Of a stretch of 64,000 bases of DNA, positions 49,620-58,997 are shown piece by piece. Made by a program: the position numbers and the translations under genes. Source of the DNA: Candidatus Latescibacterota bacterium (GTDB lineage: Bacteria > Latescibacterota > UBA2968 > UBA8231); the NCBI GenBank assembly GCA_965261395.1, contig OZ253462.1, positions 6,144,001 to 6,208,000 of the forward strand. Reading direction: 5' to 3'. Below the pieces are notes generated by a model. It had not been told where the DNA came from, ran no database searches, and was given only the letters and a program-made list of their open reading frames with translations. Numbering within the stretch: the first letter of the stretch is position 1; each line of letters begins with the position of its first letter.

Positions 49620-50108
49620 GTTGAATCATCTGCGGGTAGCCGATCAGATTGATTGGTCTCGGCGGTGGTCGATAGTGCTTCGGTGCGTGCAGTTGGGGGG
49701 TGCCCACGGGTCCCAATCCGACCAATCGCGGCAAACCGGACAGTAAACACCATTCGCAGTTGGTGCCGTTGGTGGATCGCATTCCACCGGTGGCGGGTCG
49801 GGTCGGTCGCCCGCGGCGTCCGGACCGGGTGCAAGGCGACCGGGCCTATGACTCGCAAGCACATCGGGACGCGTTGCATAAGCGGGGTATCGCGGCGGTG
49901 TTGGCCGGTGCAGACAGGCGCATGGCAGTGGCTTGGGAGTCTATCGGCAGGTGGTGGAACGGACGCTGGCATGGCTGCATCAATTTCGTCGGCTTCGAGT
50001 CCGTTGGGAGCGACGCGACGACATCCATGAGGCGTTGCTCGACATGGGATGTATTCCCATCTGTTGGAATTTCCTCAAGGAAACGTAACGGGTTTTGTTA
50101 GGGACTCT
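49620..50108 (+). pseudogene. degraded IS5 family transposase
   Basis: Fragments VVDSASVRA, TGPNPTNRGKPDSKHH, GRPRRPDRVQGDRAYDS in shifting frames; terminal TTTTGTTAGGGACTCT. Confidence 0.8.
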
Positions 50109-50126
50109 AAATAGGAGCAGCAAGAT

Positions 50127-51638
50127 ATGAGCGATCAGATCCAACAGAAAGACATCAACAGCGCCGCTTGGGCGGCCTGCGACACCTTTCGCGGGGTGAT
50201 GGATGCAGCGGGATACAAAGATTACATCCTCGTAATGTTATTCCTCAAATACATCTCCGATGTCTGGAAAGACCACTACGAGGAATATCAAAAAAGATAC
50301 GGCGACAACGATGAGCGCATCCGGCGCAGGCTGCAAAACGAGCGTTTTGTCCTGCCAAAGGACAGCAGCTTTTACGACCTCTATGAACAGCGCTCGGAAG
50401 CCAATGTTGGCGAACTCATCAATATCGCGCTGGAGGCGATTGAAACGGCGAACAGAGAGAAGCTGGAAGGCGTCTTCCGCAATATAGACTTCAACAGCGA
50501 GGCCAATCTCGGCAAAACCAGAGACCGCAATCGCCGCCTGAAAATGCTGCTGGAAGATTTCAATAAACCCGAATTAAACATGAGCCCCAGCCGCGTCTCA
50601 GAAGATGTCATCGGCAACACCTATATCTATCTGATCGAGCGTTTCGCCTCTGACGCGGGCAAAAAAGCCGGCGAGTTTTATACACCCCATAAGGTGTCCG
50701 AACTGGTGGCGAGACTGTGCGCTCCCGAGCCAGGTGCCCGCATCTGCGATCCCGCCTGCGGTTCTGCGGGGCTGCTGATTGAAGCGGCCCGGCTGGTAGG
50801 CGGCAGGGACTACGCCCTGTACGGCATGGAGGTGAACGGCAGCACCTGGGCACTGGCGCGGATGAACATGTTTCTGAATGGTGCCGACTCCGCCCGCATC
50901 GAATGGTGTAACACCCTTACCTCCCCGGCGCTGGTGGAAAACAACCAACTGATAAAGTTCGACAACGTGGTCGCCAATCCACCGTTTTCGCTCGATAAGT
51001 GGGGTGCAGAAGACGCCGACGCAGACCCGTACAACCGCTTCTGGCGTGGAGTGCCGCCCAAATCCAAGGGCGATTATGCTTTTATCAGCCACATGATAGA
51101 AGCGGCTTTGGAAAAAGAGGGGCGGGTTGCGGTGGTGGCTCCGCACGGCGTTTTGTTCCGGGGCGGTGCCGAAGGACGCATTCGCCAGCAGCTCATTGAA
51201 GAAAACTTGCTCAACGCCGTCATCGGCTTGCCCGGCAATCTGTTCCCGACGACCTCGATACCGGTGGCCATTTTGGTCTTTGACCGCTCGCGTGAGCAAG
51301 GGGGCGCGAATGAGCACCGCAAAGACGTTCTGTTTGTCGATGCAAGCCGCGAATATCAGGCGGGCAAGAATCAAAACACCTTGCTGGACGAGCACCTCGA
51401 AAAGATCACCGCTGCTTATGAAAAACGCGAAGATGAAGACAAATACGCTCACCTCGCCACCTTTGGGGAAATCAAGGAAAACGACTTCAATCTGAACATT
51501 CCGCGCTATGTGGACACCTTTGAGGAAGAGGAGGAGATTGATATTGACGCGGTGGGCAGAGAAATCGATCAGTTGGAAAAGGAATTGAGTGGGGTGCGTG
51601 GGGAGATGGGCAAACTACTGCAAGGGATCCGCAGATGA
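50127..51638 (+). CDS. hsdM: type I restriction-modification methyltransferase subunit
   Basis: GKKAGEFYTP, DPACGSAGLL, VANPPFS, PHGVLFRG, NLNIPRYV. Confidence 0.96.
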   Translation: MSDQIQQKDINSAAWAACDTFRGVMDAAGYKDYILVMLFLKYISDVWKDHYEEYQKRYGDNDERIRRRLQNERFVLPKDSSFYDLYEQRSEANVGELINIALEAIETANREKLEGVFRNIDFNSEANLGKTRDRNRRLKMLLEDFNKPELNMSPSRVSEDVIGNTYIYLIERFASDAGKKAGEFYTPHKVSELVARLCAPEPGARICDPACGSAGLLIEAARLVGGRDYALYGMEVNGSTWALARMNMFLNGADSARIEWCNTLTSPALVENNQLIKFDNVVANPPFSLDKWGAEDADADPYNRFWRGVPPKSKGDYAFISHMIEAALEKEGRVAVVAPHGVLFRGGAEGRIRQQLIEENLLNAVIGLPGNLFPTTSIPVAILVFDRSREQGGANEHRKDVLFVDASREYQAGKNQNTLLDEHLEKITAAYEKREDEDKYAHLATFGEIKENDFNLNIPRYVDTFEEEEEIDIDAVGREIDQLEKELSGVRGEMGKLLQGIRR

Positions 51639-52059
51639 CGCAGATGAACGCAGATAATAGGGGAGATGAGGAGACTTACGCGGTTATTGGTGCTGCTATG
51701 GGGCGGTGCATAATGAGCTGGGGTGTGGTTTTCTTGAGGCGGTTTATCAGGAGGCGTTAGAGCAAGAGTTCTTGTTCCGGAGGATATCTTATATTCGTGA
51801 AAAGAAGTTGACTGTACGGTATAAGGGGCAAGAGATGCAATCCTATTACCAAGCAGACTTTATCTGCTTTGACTCTGTGATAGTCGAATTGAAGGCTCTG
51901 CAAAAACTGTCCGGTATTGAAGAGGCTCAAGTCATTAACTACCTCAAGGTATCAGGCTTGAATAAAGCCCTACTCATCAATTTTGGTGCCGCGAGACTAG
52001 AGTACAAAAGGCTGGTGTTTAATCTGCCAACATCTGCGTCATCTGCGTCATCTGCGGAT
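51627..52059. repeat. ~28-bp inverted repeats of a 9-10-bp unit bracketing the GxxExxY gene
   Basis: ATCCGCAGATGACGCAGATGAACGCAGAT (51627-51655) versus ATCTGCGTCATCTGCGTCATCTGCGGAT (52032-52059); third copy at 54114-54140. Confidence 0.85.
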
Positions 52060-52080
52060 AAAAAAAGGATAAGGGCATGA
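51635..52080 (+). pseudogene. GxxExxY (PD-(D/E)XK-like) protein with a 5' frameshift
   Basis: LGCGFLEAVYQ, ADFIC..VIVELK, QVINYL, LLINFG. The coupled ATG at 51635 is out of frame because of the ATGGGGCGGTG run; GTG at 51706 could give a 124-aa product. Confidence 0.8.
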
Positions 52081-52126
52081 GCGAAAGTGCAAAAACCTAT
52101 TGGCTGGAATACAAGGAGTCTCAACG

Positions 52127-52456
52127 ATGAGAAAATATCGCGATTACCTGATTGAAAAACTTGCTGACCGAGAGGAGGCAATCTCCTACCTTCAAACGGC
52201 ACTGGAAGAATACCAGAGCGACGGAGACTCGCCTGCATTTCTGCTAGCACTCCGCAGCGTCGTTGAAGCGCAAGGAGGGATTCAAGAAGTGGCGAGGAGA
52301 GCCCATGCTGATCCCCAAAACCTCTTAAGGGCCTTGTCGAGCGAGGGTGAGACGCAGATCGGCACAATTGGGACGGTTCTCAAGGGGCTGGAGTGTCGGC
52401 TGTCGATTGAACCATTGGAGGTACAGATATCCAACCTCGACGTTGCCACCCATTGA
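52127..52456 (+). CDS. addiction-module antidote protein (HigA-like HTH)
   Basis: YLQTALEE..D..AFLLALRSVVEAQGGIQEVARR....NLLRALS; preceded by a toxin tail relic AKTYWLEYKESQR (52077-52130). Confidence 0.85.
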   Translation: MRKYRDYLIEKLADREEAISYLQTALEEYQSDGDSPAFLLALRSVVEAQGGIQEVARRAHADPQNLLRALSSEGETQIGTIGTVLKGLECRLSIEPLEVQISNLDVATH

Positions 52457-52755
52457 AAATCATCTGGCTGACTATCTTTAATGACAACGAATTAGACCAA
52501 GATTCAGTATGTGCAAGTTTTGCACATACTGCCGCTGACGGAATTTTGAGCGATTATCACCCGTCGGTCCGGCGAGGGAAGAATTGCGATGCGTTAGACC
52601 GAGAATTAGTTATCCGGAAATTCCGGACAACTGCCGTGACAGACAAGATCAGTTATTCGAAATCTCCGAATAACTGCCGCCGAGCTTCGATACCATCATA
52701 AAGGTGATGACCGCCTTGGGGCTGAAGCTGCGTGCGGAAGCCATCAAACGTTGAG
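52453..52755 (+). pseudogene. fragments of RhuM/virulence-type protein and a second antidote gene
   Basis: IFNDNELDQDSVCASFAHTAADG, ELVIRKFRTTA; then PSFDTIIKVMTALGLKLRAE. Confidence 0.6.
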
Positions 52756-53927
52756 TGTGTAAAGTGACTTTGAGTAGAAAGACGGCGAAGAATGAAGCGT
52801 TGCCGAAGGGGTGGCGGCAGGTGAAGTTGGGAGAATTATGTTCTGACATCTCGTATGGATATACTGCTACTGCAAGCAGCAAACCTATAGGTCCCAAGTT
52901 CCTGAGAATTACAGATATTGTCTCAGATCGCATAAACTGGGAAGATGTTCCATATTGCAAAATAGAGGACAGCAAGATAGATAAGTACACTTTAGGAATT
53001 GGGGATATAGTTATCGCAAGGACAGGAGCGACTACCGGATATAATCAGATTATAAGATCAGATGTGCCCTCAGTGTTTGCTTCATACCTAATTCGCTGCA
53101 AATTGAAACAGAGCATAGCGCATCCATTTTTCATTAGCTGCGTTTTGCAATCAGCATATTGGAGGAATTTTATAGAAGGGATCAAAGCTCGTTCTGCACA
53201 GCCAGGAGCAAACGCAAAAGACTTTTCCAGTTTCAGGATCCCCTTACCTACCTTACCTGAACAAAAAGCCATCGCGTCTTTATTGGAAACATGGGACACG
53301 GCGATTGAGAAAACCGAAGCCCTGATCGCGGCGAAGGAGAAGCAATTTGAGTGGCTGCTGAAAACTTTTACTAAACCAGCCAGAGGCTGGAAGAAATCAA
53401 CAATGAGTGATTCTTTTGATCTCGGACGTGGGCGGGTGATTAGCAAAAAATATATAGAAAAAAACAAAGGAATTTATCCTGTTTTTTCATCCCAAACATC
53501 TAATAATGGAGAACTTGGAAAAATCGATACTTTTGATTTTGGAGGCGACTATATTACGTGGACGACTGACGGGGCAAATGCGGGGGAAGTCTTTTTTAGA
53601 ACAGGAAAATTTAATTGCACAAATGTTTGCGAGACAGCGAAATCCAAAGATGAGAAAGAGATTTATGCTTGTTTCATTGCTTACTATCTTAAAGGCAAAA
53701 CCAAAAAATATGTATCTTACGTTGGCAACCCAAAGTTAATGAACGGCGTCTTTGGAACGATACCGATACGCTACCCTTCCTACATTCAACAACAAGTCAT
53801 AGCCCATATACTTAACACTGCACAACAAGAGATTGTTCTTTTGGAGAAGCTCGCAGAGACATACCGAACACAAAAACGCGGCTTGATGCAGAAGTTGCTG
53901 ACGGGGAAATGGCGAATCCAAATATGA
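52755..53927 (+). CDS. hsdS: type I R-M specificity subunit (two TRDs)
   Basis: LPKGWRQVKLGE, LPTLPEQKAIA, QKRGLMQKLLTG. Confidence 0.95.
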   Translation: MCKVTLSRKTAKNEALPKGWRQVKLGELCSDISYGYTATASSKPIGPKFLRITDIVSDRINWEDVPYCKIEDSKIDKYTLGIGDIVIARTGATTGYNQIIRSDVPSVFASYLIRCKLKQSIAHPFFISCVLQSAYWRNFIEGIKARSAQPGANAKDFSSFRIPLPTLPEQKAIASLLETWDTAIEKTEALIAAKEKQFEWLLKTFTKPARGWKKSTMSDSFDLGRGRVISKKYIEKNKGIYPVFSSQTSNNGELGKIDTFDFGGDYITWTTDGANAGEVFFRTGKFNCTNVCETAKSKDEKEIYACFIAYYLKGKTKKYVSYVGNPKLMNGVFGTIPIRYPSYIQQQVIAHILNTAQQEIVLLEKLAETYRTQKRGLMQKLLTGKWRIQI

Positions 53928-54153
53928 CTATTTCATGCAATAGAGCTCGCGTTTTGGAGCGTGCGGGCAGAGGCTCTAATCGACATTTTACTCAATACAC
54001 TGAGTAAAATTACTCAAAGCAATGAGCAAAATGACATCCATCAGACCCCAAACATCCGAGATAGCGCCCCCGGCTGTTCATTCAAGTCATATCGGGCGCG
54101 AAATAGTAACGGATTCATCTGCGTCCATCTGCGGATAAAATAGGAACAAAACC

Positions 54154-57100
54154 ATGCCCACCTTCCCCTTCAGCGAAAAATACCTCTCCCAACTCCCCGC
54201 CCTACAACAGCTAATCAACCTAGGCTACCAGTATCTCCCCCCCGCCCAAGCAATAACGGAGCGCAGCGGCCGCGCCTCCAACGTCCTCTTGGAAAACATC
54301 CTACGCGACCAGCTCAAAAAAATAAACCGCATCCGCTACAAAGGCGGCGAATACCTGTTCAGCGAGGAGAACATTCAGTCCGCCATCCAGAAAATCAAAA
54401 CCGTCCAATACGACGGCCTGCAAAAAACAAGCGAAGCAATCTACGACCTGCTCACCCTTGGCACGGCGCTTGAACAAACGATCGAAGGCGATGCCAAAAG
54501 TTTTACGCTGAACTACATCGACTGGAAAAATCCCGCCAACAACGCATTCCACGCCGTAGCGGAATTCTCCGTTGAACGCGCCCGCAGCACAGAGACCGCA
54601 AGACCCGACATCGTCCTGTTCGTAAACGGCATCCCCCTAGTCGTGATCGAGTGCAAAGCCCCCGATACGGACGCGGAGCAAGCGGTATCTCAAATGATCC
54701 GCAACCAAGGCGAGGAATACATCCCGCGGCTTTTCACGTACGCACAAGTTCTACTGGCCGTAAACAAAAACGAGGCCAAATACGCAACGGTAGGCACTTC
54801 AAAGGAGTTCTGGAGCGTCTGGGACGAGTTGGATAATTCTGAGCGCGACGTGAACACCTGCATCAATAAAGCGCTTTCCGGTAGAGATAAAGACGCCCTG
54901 TTCTCCGGTGAGTTCGCCTCGGCGCGGTCGCACTTTGACGCACTTGAGTGCAGCGACGACCGACTGGTCACGGAACAGGATCGCTGTCTCTACAGTCTGT
55001 GCCGACCCGAGCGCCTATTGGAGATGATCTTTGGTTTTATAGTCTTTGACGTTGGCAGCAAAAAAATTGCCCGCTACCAGCAGTTCTTCCTGGTCCGTGC
55101 AGCCATGAAGCGCATCAAGCAAAAAGACAACGAAGGTCGCCGCATGGGCGGTATCGTCTGGCACACGCAGGGTTCCGGAAAGTCCATCACCATGGTCATG
55201 CTGACCCGTGCCCTATCCTTGGACCCAGACCTGACCAGCCCGCGAATGATCCTAGTTACAGACCGCAAAGACTTAGACAAACAACTGGGCAATACCTTCG
55301 CAGCCTGTGGCCTAGACAAGGAGCGAGCGACATCCGGGCGCAATCTGATCAGACACATCAAGAACAGAGTGGGCATCATCACCACCCTGATCAATAAGTT
55401 CGACAAAGCACTTTCCGCTGAGAAATACGTGGATGATTCCGCCGATATTATCGTCCTCGTGGACGAAAGCCACCGCACCAACTTCGGCTCCCTAGCGGCA
55501 CGCATGAGACAAATGCTGCCCAATGCCTGCTTTATCGGCTTCACGGGGACGCCGCTGCTTAAAAAAGAAAAGAACAGCTTTGCCCGATTCGGCGGTTTGA
55601 TTGAACCGCATTATTCCGTCCGGCGAGCAATTGAGGACAAAGCGGTGGTTCCCCTGCTGTACGAAGGGCGGCACGTGGAGATGGAGCAGAATCAGGCCGC
55701 CATTGACCTCTGGTTCGCTCGCCACACCGAAGATTTGGCAGACGAACAAAAAGCGGATCTGAAGCGAAAATACGCGCGTGCCCGAGAGTTGAGTAAAACC
55801 GATCAGGTCGTCTATATGTGCGCGTTTGATATTAGCAGACATTTCCAGACTAGTTGGCAAAACACGGGATTTAAGGCGCAGCTTGTAGTGGATAGCAAGA
55901 CGACCGCGCTCAAGTATCACGAATCGCTCAATGATATAGGTGCGGTCTCATCGGAGGTCGTCATCTCCCCACCGGATACGCGGGAAGGGCACGAGGAAGT
56001 AGGCGCGGGGACGACAAGCGAGGTGAGCAAGTTCTGGGACAAAATGATGGCCCGTTATGGCTCCGAGGATCAATACAACAAGCAAATCATCGCTCAGTTC
56101 AAGAACTCGGACAAGCCGGAAATCCTGATCGTAGTGGACAAACTCATCACGGGGTTTGACGCGCCTCGCAATACCGTGCTCTATCTGTGCCGCAAATTGC
56201 GCGAACACACGCTGCTCCAGGCGATTGCCCGCGTTAATCGCCTGCACGAGGGCAAGGAATTCGGCTATATCATCGACTATGCCAATGTGCTGGGTGAACT
56301 GGACAAGGCGCTACACACGTACGACGCGCTTGCGGGCTTTGATGGAGACGACCTTGCGGATTTCCTGACCTCCATCCATGAAGAAGTGTCAAAGCTGCCG
56401 CAGCGCTACTCAGACCTGTGGGACATCTTCAAGGCAATCAAAAATTCCCGCGATGAAGAACGCTACGAAGTGCTGCTAGCTGACGACGCAGTGCGGGATG
56501 AGTTTTACGCGCGCCTCACGGAATACGGCAAGAACCTTGCCATTGCACTCTCAGCCGAGCAGTTCATTATGCAGATCGACGAGGAGCAACTAGAACGCTA
56601 CAAAAACGACCTCAAGCGTTTCCAGAAACTGAGATCGGCAGTCCAACATCGCTACGCCGAAACCATTGATTATCGCGACTATGAACCCCGGATTAGAAAA
56701 TTGCTGGATACGCATATTCAGGCTAACGAAGTCACTCGGTTAAACGACCCCGTGAATATCTTCGATAACAGAACCTTCTCTATGGTCAAAGAGGAACGAG
56801 GCGTCTATCAAGCCAAGACTACGGCGGCAAGGGCCGATATTATCGCCCATGAGACCAAGCACACAATTACTGAAAACATGGATAAAGACCCGGCTTTTTA
56901 CGAGAAATTCTCAAAGCTCATTCAAGACGCAATTGACGGTTTTAGGAATCAGCGCATCTCAGACCTTGAGTATTTGCAAAAGGTGAGTGCTATCCGCGAT
57001 GAGGTCGCCAACACACAACGCGACGATGTCCCCGACTCTATCCGCGACAACGAGGAGGCCAGCGCGTATTTTGGGGCGATCAAATCTTGTCTGACTGAGG

Positions 57101-57357
57101 TGGGCGAAAGCCGAGCTGACTATGTCGCCGCAGAAACGGCGCTTGCCGTCAAAAGCGCGCTAGAAAAGAATTGGAAGGTGGACTTTTGGAACGATAGCGA
57201 CGCGCAAAACACCGCAAAAAACGAGATGGATGATTTCTTTTACGACGTGGTAAAAGATGGGCATGGCATTGATTTATCGTCGGAACAGATGGACGAAATG
57301 ATCAGCCAAACAATGCAGATAGCCAAATTCTGGAGACGCTCTTATGGCAATCTATAG
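54154..57357 (+). CDS. hsdR: type I restriction endonuclease subunit R
   Basis: RPDIVLFVNGIPLVVIECK, WHTQGSGKS, DESHR, FTGTP, TGFDAP, QAIARVNR. Confidence 0.96.
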   Translation: MPTFPFSEKYLSQLPALQQLINLGYQYLPPAQAITERSGRASNVLLENILRDQLKKINRIRYKGGEYLFSEENIQSAIQKIKTVQYDGLQKTSEAIYDLLTLGTALEQTIEGDAKSFTLNYIDWKNPANNAFHAVAEFSVERARSTETARPDIVLFVNGIPLVVIECKAPDTDAEQAVSQMIRNQGEEYIPRLFTYAQVLLAVNKNEAKYATVGTSKEFWSVWDELDNSERDVNTCINKALSGRDKDALFSGEFASARSHFDALECSDDRLVTEQDRCLYSLCRPERLLEMIFGFIVFDVGSKKIARYQQFFLVRAAMKRIKQKDNEGRRMGGIVWHTQGSGKSITMVMLTRALSLDPDLTSPRMILVTDRKDLDKQLGNTFAACGLDKERATSGRNLIRHIKNRVGIITTLINKFDKALSAEKYVDDSADIIVLVDESHRTNFGSLAARMRQMLPNACFIGFTGTPLLKKEKNSFARFGGLIEPHYSVRRAIEDKAVVPLLYEGRHVEMEQNQAAIDLWFARHTEDLADEQKADLKRKYARARELSKTDQVVYMCAFDISRHFQTSWQNTGFKAQLVVDSKTTALKYHESLNDIGAVSSEVVISPPDTREGHEEVGAGTTSEVSKFWDKMMARYGSEDQYNKQIIAQFKNSDKPEILIVVDKLITGFDAPRNTVLYLCRKLREHTLLQAIARVNRLHEGKEFGYIIDYANVLGELDKALHTYDALAGFDGDDLADFLTSIHEEVSKLPQRYSDLWDIFKAIKNSRDEERYEVLLADDAVRDEFYARLTEYGKNLAIALSAEQFIMQIDEEQLERYKNDLKRFQKLRSAVQHRYAETIDYRDYEPRIRKLLDTHIQANEVTRLNDPVNIFDNRTFSMVKEERGVYQAKTTAARADIIAHETKHTITENMDKDPAFYEKFSKLIQDAIDGFRNQRISDLEYLQKVSAIRDEVANTQRDDVPDSIRDNEEASAYFGAIKSCLTEVGESRADYVAAETALAVKSALEKNWKVDFWNDSDAQNTAKNEMDDFFYDVVKDGHGIDLSSEQMDEMISQTMQIAKFWRRSYGNL

Positions 57358-58489
57358 CAATCCTAAATCATTTAAGAGATATTGCATATTGTTTCAACTT
57401 GGGGAAATGGAAGTATCTGCTCTGTCGAATTCCCTTGACGAATAGGTCTTTAATCTGTTCAAAACAGGTGGTCCATAACGCATGGGTGCGCACAAAGGTT
57501 TTGCCTTTTAACCAGAGGTCTTCGACCGGATTTTCTTGCGGTGCATACGGGGCCAATCGCGTACCGTCGATCTTCCACTCGTGGGGTGCTCGATCGGCTT
57601 GGAGCGCTTGCAGAAAATCACGCATGGCCCGTTGGTGATGATAGGAAACGCCGTCCCCAAAGATCAACAACTTTTGCCCGGGACGACGCTGTTGTAGGTA
57701 GCGTACAAAGTCCACGGTATGCTGTGAGTTGGCCTTCGGGTAGCTTTGCATGAGGAAGGTGCCCTTGACCACATCCAAGGCTCCATAATAGGTTTGTCGT
57801 TGGCGGCCATTTTCAATGGAAACCTCAAGCCGTTGGTCTTGGCGTCCCCAAGCATAGCCACAGGCTTCGTCCCCGTGCAGGTGCGACTCATCAACGAAAA
57901 AGGCACTGACGTGGCCGGCTTCAAGATCGGCTTTATGATCGGCTAGTTTTTTTTAATGACTTCTCGCTGGTCCATCGCCTGTTGCAGATCAGCTTTCGGC
58001 CTACGGGCTTGCGTCTTTTTCCAGCTATAGCGAGCCTGCGAAAGTAGGTCGTAATAGCTTTGCGACGAGCGAAAGACCACGCCAAACTGGGTTTGGATAT
58101 AGGCGGCTAACCCGGCGACCGAAGGCGGCGGTTGGGTGGCTAACCACGCGTGGATTTGTGCACATTGATCGGCCGACAAAAAAGGCTGCGACCCGGTATA
58201 AGCCAAGCGCAAACCGTCCACGCCCTCGGCCTGATAGCGTTTCTTCCACGTGCTAATGAAGCTCGACGGTACGCCGAGAATGGATTGAATCACCCGTTGT
58301 TTGAAGCCCAACTGCGTCCTGTGAACCGCTAACGCCCGTTTCAATTCCCGTGCATCGGGATTGCTGGCGATAAACGCCGTAAGAGAAGTATCCGAAGGCA
58401 TAGATATGCTCCTAAAAAAGGGGGGCCATACCAAACGCAGGATAACATAGAAAAATTAAATAATGCTCTCAACTCATTCAGGATTGCTA
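57355..58489 (-). mobile_element. IS630 family element with a degenerate transposase
   Basis: Ends TAGCAATCCTAAAT / TTCAGGATTGCTA, each flanked by TA; ORF A 57943..58434, A9 slippery run; DDE part (LAPYAPQENPVEDLW) carries an extra frameshift. Confidence 0.88.
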
Positions 58490-58494
58490 TATGA

Positions 58495-58617
58495 TTCACA
58501 GCTCAGGGTAAACCTCTGCATATTGTGTGCGGCGAAATTGACAATCGCGTGGTCATTATTACCGTTTATATTCCAATACCACCGAAATTCAAAAACCCAT
58601 ATCAAAGAGGTGCCTGA
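58495..58617 (+). pseudogene. C-terminal remnant of a DUF4258 (BrnT/RelE-like) toxin
   Basis: FTAQGKPLHIVCG....VVIITVYIP..PKF.NPYQR; coupled to the YgiT-type gene. Confidence 0.75.
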
Positions 58618-58877
58618 TGAAAACAGGCTGTTCTTTTTGTGGTCATAAGGAACTTCAGTCTCGTCAAACCCAGTACATTTATCGGCACAATGGCCAATTT
58701 CTCATTGTGGATGACGTACCCTGTCTCCAATGCGCGTACTGTGGCGAACAGTACTTTGAAGGTCTCGTATTGAGAGATATAGAAAAGAGATTCAACGAAC
58801 TCCATGTACATGGGCAGAAAGCGAGCAAAGAGGTTCAAATTCCCGTTGAACACTTCTCGAACCTGCATCAAGTCTGA
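58617..58877 (+). CDS. YgiT-type zinc-finger (MqsA-like) antitoxin
   Basis: CSFCG...VDDVPCLQCAYCGEQYF. Confidence 0.88.
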   Translation: MKTGCSFCGHKELQSRQTQYIYRHNGQFLIVDDVPCLQCAYCGEQYFEGLVLRDIEKRFNELHVHGQKASKEVQIPVEHFSNLHQV

Positions 58878-58997
58878 CGTAGCGTAGCCAAAGAGATCTC
58901 GTTTTCATGGGTGTGCGTTGATCCGCGAAGGCCGCAGACACTCGATCTGGGTCAACCCGGCCAATGGAAGTTGAAGGCGGCAAGAGAGGATCATGCG

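Noticed and set aside
53961-54143. 60-aa ORF between hsdS and hsdR
   Set aside because: No recognisable family or RBS; probably relic DNA ending in the ATCTGCG repeat.
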